Source: the human T2T-CHM13v2.0 reference genome, Homo sapiens. Taken from it: 64,000 nucleotides of DNA. The position numbers were made by a program, and so were the translations under genes. The notes under the pieces are model-generated. The model saw only the letters and a list, made by a program, of their open reading frames with translations, ran no database searches and was not told where the DNA came from. Location: assembly GCF_009914755.1 (NCBI RefSeq), contig NC_060929.1; one strand, 5' to 3'. How positions within the stretch are numbered: position 1 is the stretch's first letter; each line of letters starts with the position of its first letter. This document shows, piece by piece, positions 12,700-24,110 of the stretch.

Positions 12700-13300
12700 C
12701 AATTTTTAATTATATATCTACTTCCATCTCCTCAATTGGATTAGAGACTCCTAGAAGAGCCACATTGATATCCCCTTTAAATCCTAGTGTTATTTGCCAC
12801 GGTAGGTTTTCATAAATTTTTAGAATGAATCAATAGCATGTGTTTATTTAGCAAGGAATTACTGTGTACCTACTATGCCCTGGGACTTTTCCACCCCTAC
12901 CCGCTGGTATAGGTATATTACTTTGAATAATATAAACAAAATATCTCCTCATGGAATTTTACATCCTATTGAGCAAAATTGGTAGATTAAAAATAAGCAC
13001 ATAGTAGTTAAGTTATATAAGGAAAATAAAAGAGAGAGGTGTGATAGCAATAACTTCTGTGCGAGAAGAGCTCCTCCAGTTAGCATGGTTAAAGAAGGTT
13101 TTCTTAAGAAGTGATGCTTATACTTAGAAATCAAGAACAAGGAGGAAGGGTATAGTGGAAGGAAGAAATAGCAAGTATAGAGTTCCTGAGGTAGGAAACA
13201 GAAAGAAATTTGTTAAAGAAAGAGGCAGAGGGGACTGGCAAGTTGGGTTCTATAAGATGCAACCTCAGAGGAAGGCATAGGAGATCAGGCTGAAGTGTCT
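12700..13300. mobile_element. L2 fragments in both orientations
   Basis: 'ttagagactcctagaag...aatgaat', and 'tgtacctactatgccctggg...gcaagtatagagttcctgaggtagga'. Confidence 0.6.
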
Positions 13301-13320
13301 GACCATTCTGCCACATGTTT

Positions 13321-13862
13321 GGGAACCAGCTGCCTAATTTGCAAACCTCAGTATAAAAACAAAATGTGGTGCCCCTTTGTTCAAAAATAACTGGGGGAAA
13401 ATGAAGTTAAAAGTACTAAAATGTAACCCATTTTGCTTTACTTCTCAATCTCATTTTTAACCCTATACTTCAAATTGCTTTCAACTCAGTATTGTCTCAC
13501 TATAAAGATGGAGTTTTTCCAATAATGCAATCCTCTCCTGCTTCTTCTTCTCCTCCTTCAGTGAATTACCATGTCTCTTATATTCTGTCATTCACAAGTA
13601 TAGGAGTGATCAACAATTCTGAAATACCAATCTCCTTTAAAAAAAGTGCCCATCTTGTTTATATTTAGTTACTTCTAGAAGAACTATACTTCAAATTGCT
13701 TGAATTGTCTTTTTTAATTTGCTATTTAATATCTCACTCCTTCAGGCACAAGGATACTTGCTAGGCAAGCTGCACATAGGGACAGCGAGTTGCCATGACC
13801 TCTCCCAAAACACAAGGGGGTGTAAGTGTCCAAACCCTGATCTTTCCATGCCCCTGGTCCTC
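13321..13862 (-). mobile_element. MER45-family hAT-Tip100 DNA transposon, interrupted by a templated insertion
   Basis: 'ccagctgcctaatttgc...aaaatgtggtgcccctttgttcaaaaa' matches the MER45 terminus. The element resumes at 'ttttaatttgctatttaat' after 13710. Confidence 0.7.
13477..13710 (+). repeat. Dispersed direct duplication, derived copy of 14506-14735
   Basis: Manual alignment gives 6 substitutions plus one 3-bp and one 1-bp indel over ~230 bp. Confidence 0.97.
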
Positions 13863-14419
13863 TCGGGGACTGAGATAATGTAAATTCTGTTATTCAGAAA
13901 GACTGCAATATTCCATTGCAATATTATCACTTGCAATGGAAATACTGGGTTGTAGTGAAGGTAAGATCTTGAAGAGTCAAACACAAATGAAAGTACTTGA
14001 AACATACTTAAGAAGATACAATAAAACTAAAATAATTATGTAGCTTTTTTTTTTTTTACTTAAAGGTAATATTGCATCAATCATAGATCTAGAGATAGTC
14101 AAGACAGAGCTGATGAACCTCTTCCTATTCTTTCATTTTTAAAAAAAATAAATTTCTAGTTAAATTCCAAGATTTCTGTCTAAGCCACAATGTTTTCACT
14201 CAACATTTAATGCACGACCCTTTTGTGACAGGCACATACCTGAATACATTAACTCCAAAACTGAAATGTGGACCACAATATAACTAAAATTTATCTTTCA
14301 TACAGTACAGTCTTTTTAGAATGAAAGTTTCATATTCCCCATGAAACAGGACTTTTAAATTCAGCATTTTTCAATGTCCCAAGTACTGCTTTATTTTAAC
14401 ACTCTAAACCTTAAGACAG

Positions 14420-14530
14420 AAGTGTTATTATTCTGCATTAGTAGATGAGGTAACCAAAGACCAGAGCTCTTAAGCAATTCCTAGAGTTGCACAGTGGGAG
14501 ACTGAGCTTTCAACTCAGTATTGTCTCGCT
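14420..14530 (-). mobile_element. MIR SINE
   Basis: 'tagatgaggtaaccaaagaccagagctcttaagcaattcctagagttgcacag'. Confidence 0.7.
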
Positions 14531-14735
14531 ATAAAGATGGAGTTTTTCCAATAATGCAATGCTCTCCTTCTTCTTCTTCTCCTTCAGTGAATTACCATGT
14601 CTCTTATATTCTCTCATTCACAAGTATAGGAGTGATCAACAATTCTGAAATATCAATCTCCTTAAAAAAAGTGCCCATCTTGTTTATATTTAGTTACTTC
14701 TAGAAGAACTATACTTCAAATTGCTTGAAATGTCT
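14506..14735 (+). repeat. Dispersed direct duplication, donor copy
   Basis: Same alignment. Its 5' end is contiguous with the MIR at ~14420-14530. Confidence 0.95.
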
Positions 14736-16602
14736 ACAAGAAATTTTGAGTGTGATGTTAGTAAACAGCAATCCTTGCACATATCACTGGCTGTAAATAT
14801 GAACCATAAATTCCTCACTTAAACATATAAAATCAAGCATGGAATTAGGTTATTCAAAGAGGCAAGTCTGTGACAATATTATTTACTATCTTATTTGCAA
14901 GGATCACATCTTCTAAAAACTAACTGTTGTATGTTTGTCTTTAAAGAGGTCTATAGATAAAGGCAGTGATTTTCTGAATACATCAAAACCCTCATAGCAT
15001 TCCTGAGGATCTACTGATTAACCCAGTAGGATATTAATTATGAACACATCTGCCATTCTTACTTTTTGTTCTTTTCCTTTAAATAGGAGTGGAGTAATTC
15101 AGACATGTGTGTATGATTAGGTGTAGCTAGCAGTGCATGATGAGCTAGATTTAGATACATTTATGAAGCATCAAATACAATGAAACAGTTTACTGGAAAA
15201 CAAAACTTGTACTGGAGATTGGAACTCTTAAAGCAGGAGAAAGTTGTTTTTAAAAAAGCTTAACCTTAAATAAAACACATATGTGGTGGGTGAATGTGAA
15301 AGAATATACAGCTTCATTGTTTCTCGAGAACAAAAGTATTTATAGTTCTTCCGCTTTGTGACTCATCTCTCTGCTGTAAAATATTTGGGCTATTACTCAT
15401 AATTACAAAAAAGGCATCGAAGAGAATGGCTTGACGTTAGTGCAAAGGACAAGGTGAACAAACTGGCATTTTATTTGTGACATTCTCATTTATAAGAAGT
15501 TGGACAATCTGTTTTTTGACTGCTTTCTTTCTCTGCAAAAATGACTATAATATAGCACTTAAAATAAATGATAATTCATGTGCCTCTAATCTAAAACGAT
15601 CAAAACAGGCAAGATGCAAACAAGACACAGAGAGTGCAAAGAATGCAGCATACTGCAATAAATTCCCCTTATATTTATTTAACAATAAATATGCAAATTT
15701 GAGATAATTATGAAGACATGTGCTTTGAGGAGCAGAGAGACTACTCAAAAGGTATTTTGTTCAATCATCCTTTTTCTTTTGAGCTAAGATGAGAACCAGA
15801 AGGAAACAGATATAATAACAAAAATGGAGTAAGTATTGATCATGGATGAGAAGACTGAGATAATATAAAACCTCTAACTCAAAAAGCATTTTTTTCTGGT
15901 AGATGAAACTAAGTGATTCTAAATAATAACTTATTAGTAGAAAACAATTAATTTTATAGCCTTTTAATGGTCCTTTTAAGGGAGTAGTACACTCCAAAGT
16001 GAAGTTAATCCTCCACAACGATATTAGTTTTTCTTAAAGAAAATGCTAATTAATAAATAGTTGCTCTGAACCATTTAAAGAATAGAGAAAAAATGTCAAA
16101 ATGTTACTAACTTCCCGGGAACACAATTTTAATATTGTTTTTCATGAGAATTACAGATTTTTGCATTACTTACTCTTGACTACAATGAGTATTGCATTTG
16201 ATCAATTATATTTCTAATATTTTGCCATTAATTTTTTCCTCTTCCAGAAAGATGGTATTTAGCCAAATTCTTAGACTTCCTATTCATTCTAAAGGACAAG
16301 CTTTCATTAATGTACAAAGGGGCCACTCTTTAATGGCACAGAATACTAGAAAAAGCTCATTCTGAAATATTGTTAGGTAGCTGTTATAGACTAGAATTGT
16401 ATTAAGGGTGCATATCACATATCCATATCAAAATATATAAAATACATACAGCAGGATTCCTTCAACATGATGAACTATCACTGGATAATGGCTTTATCTC
16501 CAACCATCTCAATCGTGGGTATTACAATGAAATCTGAAAAAGGTGAAAAGCACTGTCAACCTTTCTTAATATTGTTGGAAAATGCTGGCGTATTAGAGCT
16601 TA

Positions 16603-16825
16603 AGTGGTTCTTGAAGAAGTCTGTGTGTGTTATCTGGAACAGCCAGATGATTCTTTGCTGTGTGGGGCTGCCCTGTTCATTGTAGAATGTTTATCAATAT
16701 CCCTGGCGTTCGTACACTAAATGCCAGTAGCACTAGCACCACCCATCCCCCACTCCACCCCATTTTTGAAAATAAAAATTGTATCCAGACATTGAAAATC
16801 TCCCCTGCAGGGCATTGAGAACTAG
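16603..16825 (-). mobile_element. MER20 (hAT-Charlie)
   Basis: 'attctttgctgtgtggggctgccctgttcattgtagaatgttt...aatgccagtagcac...ccagacattg'. Confidence 0.85.
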
Positions 16826-17079
16826 GGATGTAGATGATTTCAACTTTTCTCTCACTAGCCTCATTGTCTCTTCCAAAATCTATATTAAGACACACATCAA
16901 TTCTTTAATTTATGATATGGCAAACATTCTGAATTAATAAAGTGATTCATTGCAAAGATCAAATTAAGGATATGATCTTTTAATTCAAGCCTAATAGCCT
17001 TAAGATAGCCACCATAAAATTGAGAGAGAAGAAGGTATTAGGAGCAAAGACATTTAGCAAATTAAAGGACAATGTCTAA

Positions 17080-18110
17080 AAAGAAATCTGGGGTGGGCTT
17101 CTGGAATATGAAACTTACTGGAAGCATATAGATTTGAAACTTATTAAGTTTGTATGTCAAATGCATTGCCAAAGAAACCACATGACTGGTTGAAAAATCA
17201 TCTGTCTGCTCAAGACTTAAAACAACTCTTTGGCCCCCAGCCTTTCAAGAGCAGGAAGTGAGCTGAAAACGAAGGTGCTATAGTTAAAAAGGGCACATTC
17301 CTAGACATTCACTTCGCATGGGACTACTGAGAACAATGCACAGAGAAATAGAGCAGAATCATTACCTAATTAAGGAAATTCCCACCCATTCCCTGCCCAC
17401 CCTCTCACTCCCTCAAGATAGGGGGCCATCACCTTATCTATGCAATGGGATTTCAGATGTGCTATGAACCAAGGACTATGGACTGTTTCCAATTCTTTCC
17501 TTTTCCTAATTAGAGTATTCCATTGTTGTGTTTAGGGTGGAGGGCAGATACAATTTGTCTTTCAAGTTCATAGGATGCTGGAAAAAATGAAGACATAGTT
17601 GGACCTAATTCAGAGGCTCTCATGAGTCCAGAGTTCCTGGACTTTAAGTTGGACTCAGTGACTGAATAAATTTTAGGTTATCTTTCTTTGGAGGGGTTGA
17701 GTTTGTTCTCTGAGAAGGATAAGGAAATAAGCGAATATTTTGTGACTGGGAGGTTGGACTATGGCAGAAACATTTAATTGTCAAATATCTGCATGATCTT
17801 CTACATTTCCCAGCCTTCTTTACAGTTAGGTTAGAACTACGTGATGAGTCCTGGCCTCTAACAGCTATAAGAAAAAATGACATAAATCATTTCCAGGTTG
17901 AGGCAGTTTAGAGTACAGTGATTCCTCTAAAATTCTCTTTTTCTCTTTCATGACCCCCTTGGAACCTATGCATGAGATGGTGGAGGCAAAAAAATAGAGT
18001 GAATCATGATCTCAGAGTCACTGCTTAGAAAAAAATCCCTGCTGCCCTTAACCAGGCTTTGCTGTTTTAAGCCACTGCAGTATGGACTAGTCTATTCTTT
18101 CTGATACAGT
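17080..18110 (+). mobile_element. Old MaLR: MLT1-int-like sequence followed by an MLT1I/J-like LTR at ~17760-18110
   Basis: 'ttcccagccttctttacagttagg', 'gctgttttaagccactg...tctgataca'. The internal part is weakly supported. Confidence 0.5.
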
Positions 18111-18486
18111 TCTCTAACCAAGAGTTCTAAGTCATCACAACCACTGATGGAGCCAGGAAATATGCCACTGCTATAGGGATTAACTACAAACAGAGCTGTC
18201 TACTGGTAAGGATGAATTTAAGGTTTCATATAGAAATTATTAGAGTGTATGTTGCAAAGACTTGAAAAAAAATGACCGTGTAAGAAAGATTTCAATAGAC
18301 CACCACACTTGTTCTCCTCTCAGAAAAGGGATATAGCAAAAATGTTGCCTCTTGACATTATATTCATTAGCAGCTGGAAAGATCATTCAGTTATTTACAT
18401 AGGATTTTCAAACCATAAGCATCTCCCATATCCGACCATGCTGTCATATTTTCTGCAGCAAAGGAAGAACTTCATCTCCCCAACCA

Positions 18487-18765
18487 GCACATAGTACCAA
18501 ACCCTATATATACTGATTTTCCCCTACATACATACCTATGATGAAGTTTAACTTATAAATTAGGCACATTAAAGATTAACAATAAAGAATAATAATAAAT
18601 AAAACAATTATAACTGTATACTGTAATGAAAGTTTTGTGAATGTGGTCTTTCTCTCAAAATATCTTAGCGTACTCATCTATTTTCAGACCACAGCTGACC
18701 ACGGTTGACTACGGGTACTAAAACCATGAAAGTGAAACCTTGCATAAGGGAGAGGGATTACTTTA
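18487..18765 (-). mobile_element. MER44A-like TcMar-Tigger MITE, truncated
   Basis: 'atagtaccaaaccctatatatac...acatacctatgatgaagtttaacttataaattaggcac...cggttgactacgggta'. Confidence 0.85.
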
Positions 18766-19660
18766 CTAAAGGATCTTTTTGCTTCAACTCTCTCCATTTT
18801 TCTCTTCTCGACCTCTACCATAGGTATTTGAAAATTCTCCTCCTTTTAGGAACACTGTGAATTTGAAAGCCAACCACCCTTACTATTCTTATGCTGACAG
18901 CATCACATAAGACACAATCTTAAGCAAGTTTTGCTTCTGAGTCCTGGCTATTTGGGCCCTTGAATATCAGCGCTCCCATACGTCCCCACTATTCATTGCT
19001 CAGTTCCTCTGCCATTATAACAGCACACTGCATCAACTCAGACCAGCCCAATCAGGAGCTCCAAGAAAATATATCTTCATGCATATTTTATTAAATTGAT
19101 CTAAGAAAATTTCAAAGAGACTCAAATTCCCATCTTGGTTTCTGCATATACGCCAACTTTTGTAAACATAGTCACATATCATCTGTGTTGATAGAGATAC
19201 AAAATCAAATCTCAAGGTAGATCCTTCACTCGATGGATTTCTCAAGACAAATTAACACCTCCCTTTGCGCAATATCAGGTCACATTATGGAACATTAATT
19301 TTAAGAAAATAAATATGTGTCTAAACATGAGTGTGGAAATATCAGTGACTCTTTGTTTAAATACACCTTGACCTACATTCCAAAAATCTCCTATAAACGT
19401 GAACTGCTTCATTTTCTCCATGAAAGTGGTTGTTGGAGTCCACAGTTTTAAATATTCAATACCTCTTCTCCTCTTCTGTAATATGTCTACCACATCCTTA
19501 TAAAAATCAATTTAATAAAAGGGAAATATGAAATACATGTATGTACTTATAAACATACAATAATAAGATGCTGAATGCACAAATCCAAACATTTAATTCA
19601 AGAGAAGCCAAATGAAATAAAGAAAATGGAAAGTGGCTCCAGCATTCTCATATCCCTTTC

Positions 19661-19771
19661 TTGGGTGACCAACTGTTCTGGTTTGCTCTAGACTGAGGAG
19701 GTTTCCGGGACATGGGATTTTCAGCACTCAACCAGGAAAATCCCTCCAAACTGGTACTAATTTATTACTCT
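19661..19771 (+). mobile_element. MER81 (hAT-Blackjack)
   Basis: 'gggtgaccaactgttctggtttgctctagactgaggaggtttccgggacatgggattttcagcact'. Confidence 0.75.
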
Positions 19772-22150
19772 TCCCTTCATGATTATTAATATGATAACCT
19801 TAGTTCTTTGCAAATTGAAAAATATAAATATCGCTTTGCTTTTTATTTCCCTAAAGTATGGAAGCCAGATAAGATTTGTTCTCAAGAACTCCAGACATCC
19901 ATATTCAATCTCAGCAGGTGTAAATCTTCTTTCCCAAAGAGTTTAAGTTTTTGGATCTCAAGCAGTGAGACAGGCCGGAAACTTGTCCTAGGGAATCAAC
20001 TGCTCTCTGGTGGTTCAAATATATTAGCATAAAGAAATCCTCTGTTTCCCTATCTTGTACTTCCTGTCCCAACTCAATCACAAAATGAGAGAAAAATTGT
20101 AGTAGAGCAGGAGACTTTTCAAATCTCCGATAGATTCCTTTCTTAGCTAAACCATTCCATTTATACATCTTGGCAGTAGTCATTAGCAGTGAGAAAGCTA
20201 AAGAGACAACAAAAGAAAAATGTACAAGTCTTTTTCAGGAGCTTCTGAAGTGTTGAAAAGTGTTTCTATTTAAAAGCTCCTGACAATGATTGGCAGGATC
20301 TGAGAAAACTTCACAAGAGGAGCCCCACCCTCTGAGAATTAATGTTAGAAGAGCAGTAATTGGCTAACACCTAATCCATTCTTACCACAGTTGAGGGATT
20401 ACAATCTAATTGTGACTTTCTGGTCCCTCTCAAATGTCACAAGAAGAAGGTGAACAAAGCACAGATCAATACTGAACACCCTGGAAGGACTGCAGAAGTT
20501 CAAAGAAGGAGATAAGTCTAATAGTCTGTATTAAACTGACACAATAAAAACAAAGGGAAACTTGTATTGATTGATTGAGTGATTATCAACAGGCCCATTA
20601 GGCTAGTGTCTTCCCAAGAACCTGACATTTAAAATCAAAAACAGGACAGGCCTAATTTTAAATTCTGCAATGAGGGAATTTAATTTAAATGTGAGTGAGA
20701 ACAGAGGTGCATATATCAACCCAATTTAGTACAGACAGAAAAACAGACAGAAATGGAAATTACAGAGTCAGTTCAGAATAGACATAATGAAGCCCATTTA
20801 CATTTGATGTAATAGATGTTTAGAATATTAATAGTCCAAGTGGCAAAATTTGAGGCTACTGACAGTGGGTGTCATTAAATACTGATTTTTGAATTTTATT
20901 TATTTTTTCCCAAGCATCTACTAAATTATAAATGTACATAACCATGAAGAAGTTAAACCAAAATTTTACCAATCAAGTCATTGAACTTAAGGCCCTAAAC
21001 CAATATAGTTATGCCTTAGTGAACAGTCCTTCTAGTCCTTCAATAACCGGTAACTGTGATTCCCCAAAGATACTGCCTTGAAAGTTAATACTGAAAAAGT
21101 TGATGGCCATCATTATTATTGCAGGGAGAGGCAAGCAAAAAAAAATGTGTCTTTGACATTTATCATCAATTGCAGAACACAAATGTGTGAATCATTTATC
21201 TTTATCCATCGTTATGTAGTAATCAAGAAAGATGTCTTTCTGAGTCATTCGGTTTGTCAACTAGGCAATAGTACATGTAATCCAAACTAAAAAAGAAATT
21301 ACTTGGAAAAGAAAGAGACTCCAAGAAGAGGAATAGCAGACATATGCTCAAACTGTGAGATTTCAAATGATATAAGATATAATATCTAATCACACATATA
21401 GAAAGGAGCCATCTCTTTGTAGGGGAAAAATGATATTTAAGCACCAGGTTAATACACAGAGATACTAGAAATGTTCTACAAAAACCATGTGAAGAAATTA
21501 AGTGATACAAAACAAACTCAATTTGGCATCAGAATTTTCCATTCAAACTAGAATCCACCAGGAAAGGCTGATGATGTCTGTTAGATCCTGCCACATGTTA
21601 ACATGGAGTCACAAGTCCTATTTTGAAAAATATTCAAAACCAGATTGGACATCTTGGAACCAATGTCTACGTTAAAATAATAAAGACAATTTTCTACTTC
21701 CATTGCATAACTTCTTTATTCATTATCACACAGCAGATGATATTTGTTTTTCTGTTTCATTTTTTTGCTTCCTAACCTGAGCCACAGGCCAGATTCTCCT
21801 CCTCTGTAACTCTGCAGGGACTCTTTGATTTGTACCTTTTGTGTACTTCTGTTTGGCATTCTAAATATGGCTTATTCTCCTGGGTTTCAACATATTTCTT
21901 GGCACTCAACTGCAGACTTTCATAAATTGAGGGCCCTGGAATAAGGGGTATTTTTATCAGTAGGAGAAATCTAGGGATAGTATTGGTTTCCATCTATAAT
22001 AACGAGGTATGTATGTCATACATTATATGTTTGTGCTGGATCTTATTTGAATGATAAATTTTATTATCTTGCAATTAAAATCATAATGTATTGTTTGTGT
22101 GGTGACTTCTTATCTAGATTAAAGTAGGATTAATACTTCATTGATATCAT

Positions 22151-22224
22151 TTCAAAAATTACTTACCAAAGATGAACTACCAGAATTCTCAAAAACAACT
22201 TATCAAAGATGAATTAGCAGATGA
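22151..22224 (+). repeat. Diverged 37-bp tandem duplication
   Basis: TTCAAAAATTACTTACCAAAGATGAACTACCAGAATT versus CTCAAAAACAACTTATCAAAGATGAATTAGCAGATGA. Confidence 0.85.
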
Positions 22225-23643
22225 ATCTTTGAAGTCTGAGATTTCTTAAAAATAAAGCTGGGTTTCTGTACAGGCCAAATTACAATAACCTAGGCATCTT
22301 ATCTAGGAAATATAATTCCTGAAATGAAATCAGATGCACTTAAGATTCATTCAATCTTTGTTTTTAAAAAGTGCTTTTTACGTTCCAGGTGTTTTACATA
22401 ATGTCTGTGGAGTGGCCATGTGCTCTAGAAGAGTGAGACAACCTTGGCATAACCTTCTTTAAGAGCCAATCACATAACACTGTGAATATTTATAAAATTT
22501 TAGACCATTACCTGTTTCAGCTCCCTTTGATGATTCATGCTAAGGGTAGAGAACCAGAAGGTATGTTTTCCTACAGAATCATAAAAATAGCCAAAATATA
22601 TTTTTCTTTTAGCCATGCATTTCAACATGTATAAACTCTCTGGATGGTATTTCTTACCATTTGGTCCAACTCTACTTCCTGAAGACACTGTATGAAAAGA
22701 ACTAGTCTAATTTAAGAAAGAATCTGTCCCTGGTAAAACAATACATATAAAAAGGAAAAAAGAAATCATCTAATTCAGCCAACTTCCCTAAAGCCTTGAT
22801 CTTAGAATCTGGTTTTTAAATAGAAAACTTAAACAAGAGTTACTATCCAAGTTATTTTGTTCTCAGTACATGCAGGGTCATTTTATGAAAAATACACAGA
22901 ATTAATTTAATTTTAAGGTCAATGAACCTTACACAGTCTAAATAGATCCCTTCTAGGTGTTCCTATTCCACCTGGTGTAGTCTCAGGTATATATCATTTT
23001 CTTTCATCATCAAAAAAATTTTTATTTATAATTTCTATTACTGTGGTAAGTTCATCTTCAGAGAGAATTACCATAGTTTGTCTGGAGATTTATTAAAATA
23101 TATATGGCCTCCCTGAAGTGTGAAAAAGTGAAATATTCTGAAAATAACTTAATTCACAACATATGTGCTCCTCATACATGGGTGGGAAACTAAGTAACAG
23201 AGGTCTGCCGTTGTCCTTTCTTCTGGTTTAAATCACCTCTTTTGGAGAATATTTGAATTTTTGAAAAAGTCTGGGTATTTATGATTTTCCTTTTTAATTA
23301 AAAAAAGACACACAAAGGAATTAAAGTACTATCTACAGACTCATCATGTTCAAATAGCAGTAAGTATTGGGACAAATACTCTCAGTCATGGACTCAACTG
23401 AAAATGATCTCATGATCAGAGCTAGGAAGCTATAGCACAAAATACGCTGAAGATTAACTAAAATATTAATACTTTCAGTCTGATTCAATGGGGCTATTAT
23501 TTTACTGGAAATGGAGATAAAACTTGAGAAAAGCATAATGAAAGAACTTAACGAGGTAAATGTAGTGTATTTTCAATATTTTCAGTGGTATTGTTTGCTA
23601 GGTATTTGTTACTTATGGGAAAATGCACCGCAACATCCTAGGT

Positions 23644-23812
23644 CAGCAGTTCTTAAAGCATGTTTCCTGGACCAGCAATTGCAGCATCTCCTGGAAACCT
23701 GTTGGAAAGACAAATTCTCAGGCCCCCACTCCAGATCAGAATAGAACCACCACTCTCTGTTTTAACAAGACTTCCTGGTGGGTTTATGCACATTCAAGAT
23801 TGAAAAAGATTG
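23644..23812. mobile_element. MER5A (hAT-Charlie)
   Basis: 'cagcagttcttaaag...ggaccagcaattgcagcatctcctggaaacctgttggaaag...aattctcaggcccc'. Confidence 0.85.
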
Positions 23813-23889
23813 TTTGAAGTAATCATTTTTAGGATGTACTTAATTCAAATATAGATAGGTTCCTAAAATATTTTGTATATCACAAATAA

Positions 23890-24110
23890 AAATAATACTT
23901 AAATTTATATAGTGTTTTGTAAATTACAAAACACTTTCAAATGCATTAGTCTCATTTGATCTTTCCATAATACTGTAAGACAGACTGAGGAGGAACTAGT
24001 ATTTTTATCTTATATGATTAAGTTGAGTTTGAGAGAGATTAACTAAATTCTTAACCTCACAAAGCTAGTTGATGAGGGAATTAGATTGGAATCTGATCTT
24101 CAGGCAGTAA
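23890..24110 (-). mobile_element. MIR SINE
   Basis: 'cattagtctcatttgatctttccataatactgtaag...cacaaagctagt'. Confidence 0.65.

Noticed and set aside
13463-13701. 18-bp direct repeats read as a TSD of a new mobile element, or as a CRISPR-like repeat
   Set aside because: The 18-mer is internal to the donor at 14709-14726. There are no TIRs, A-tail or regular spacer array, and the DNA is eukaryotic.
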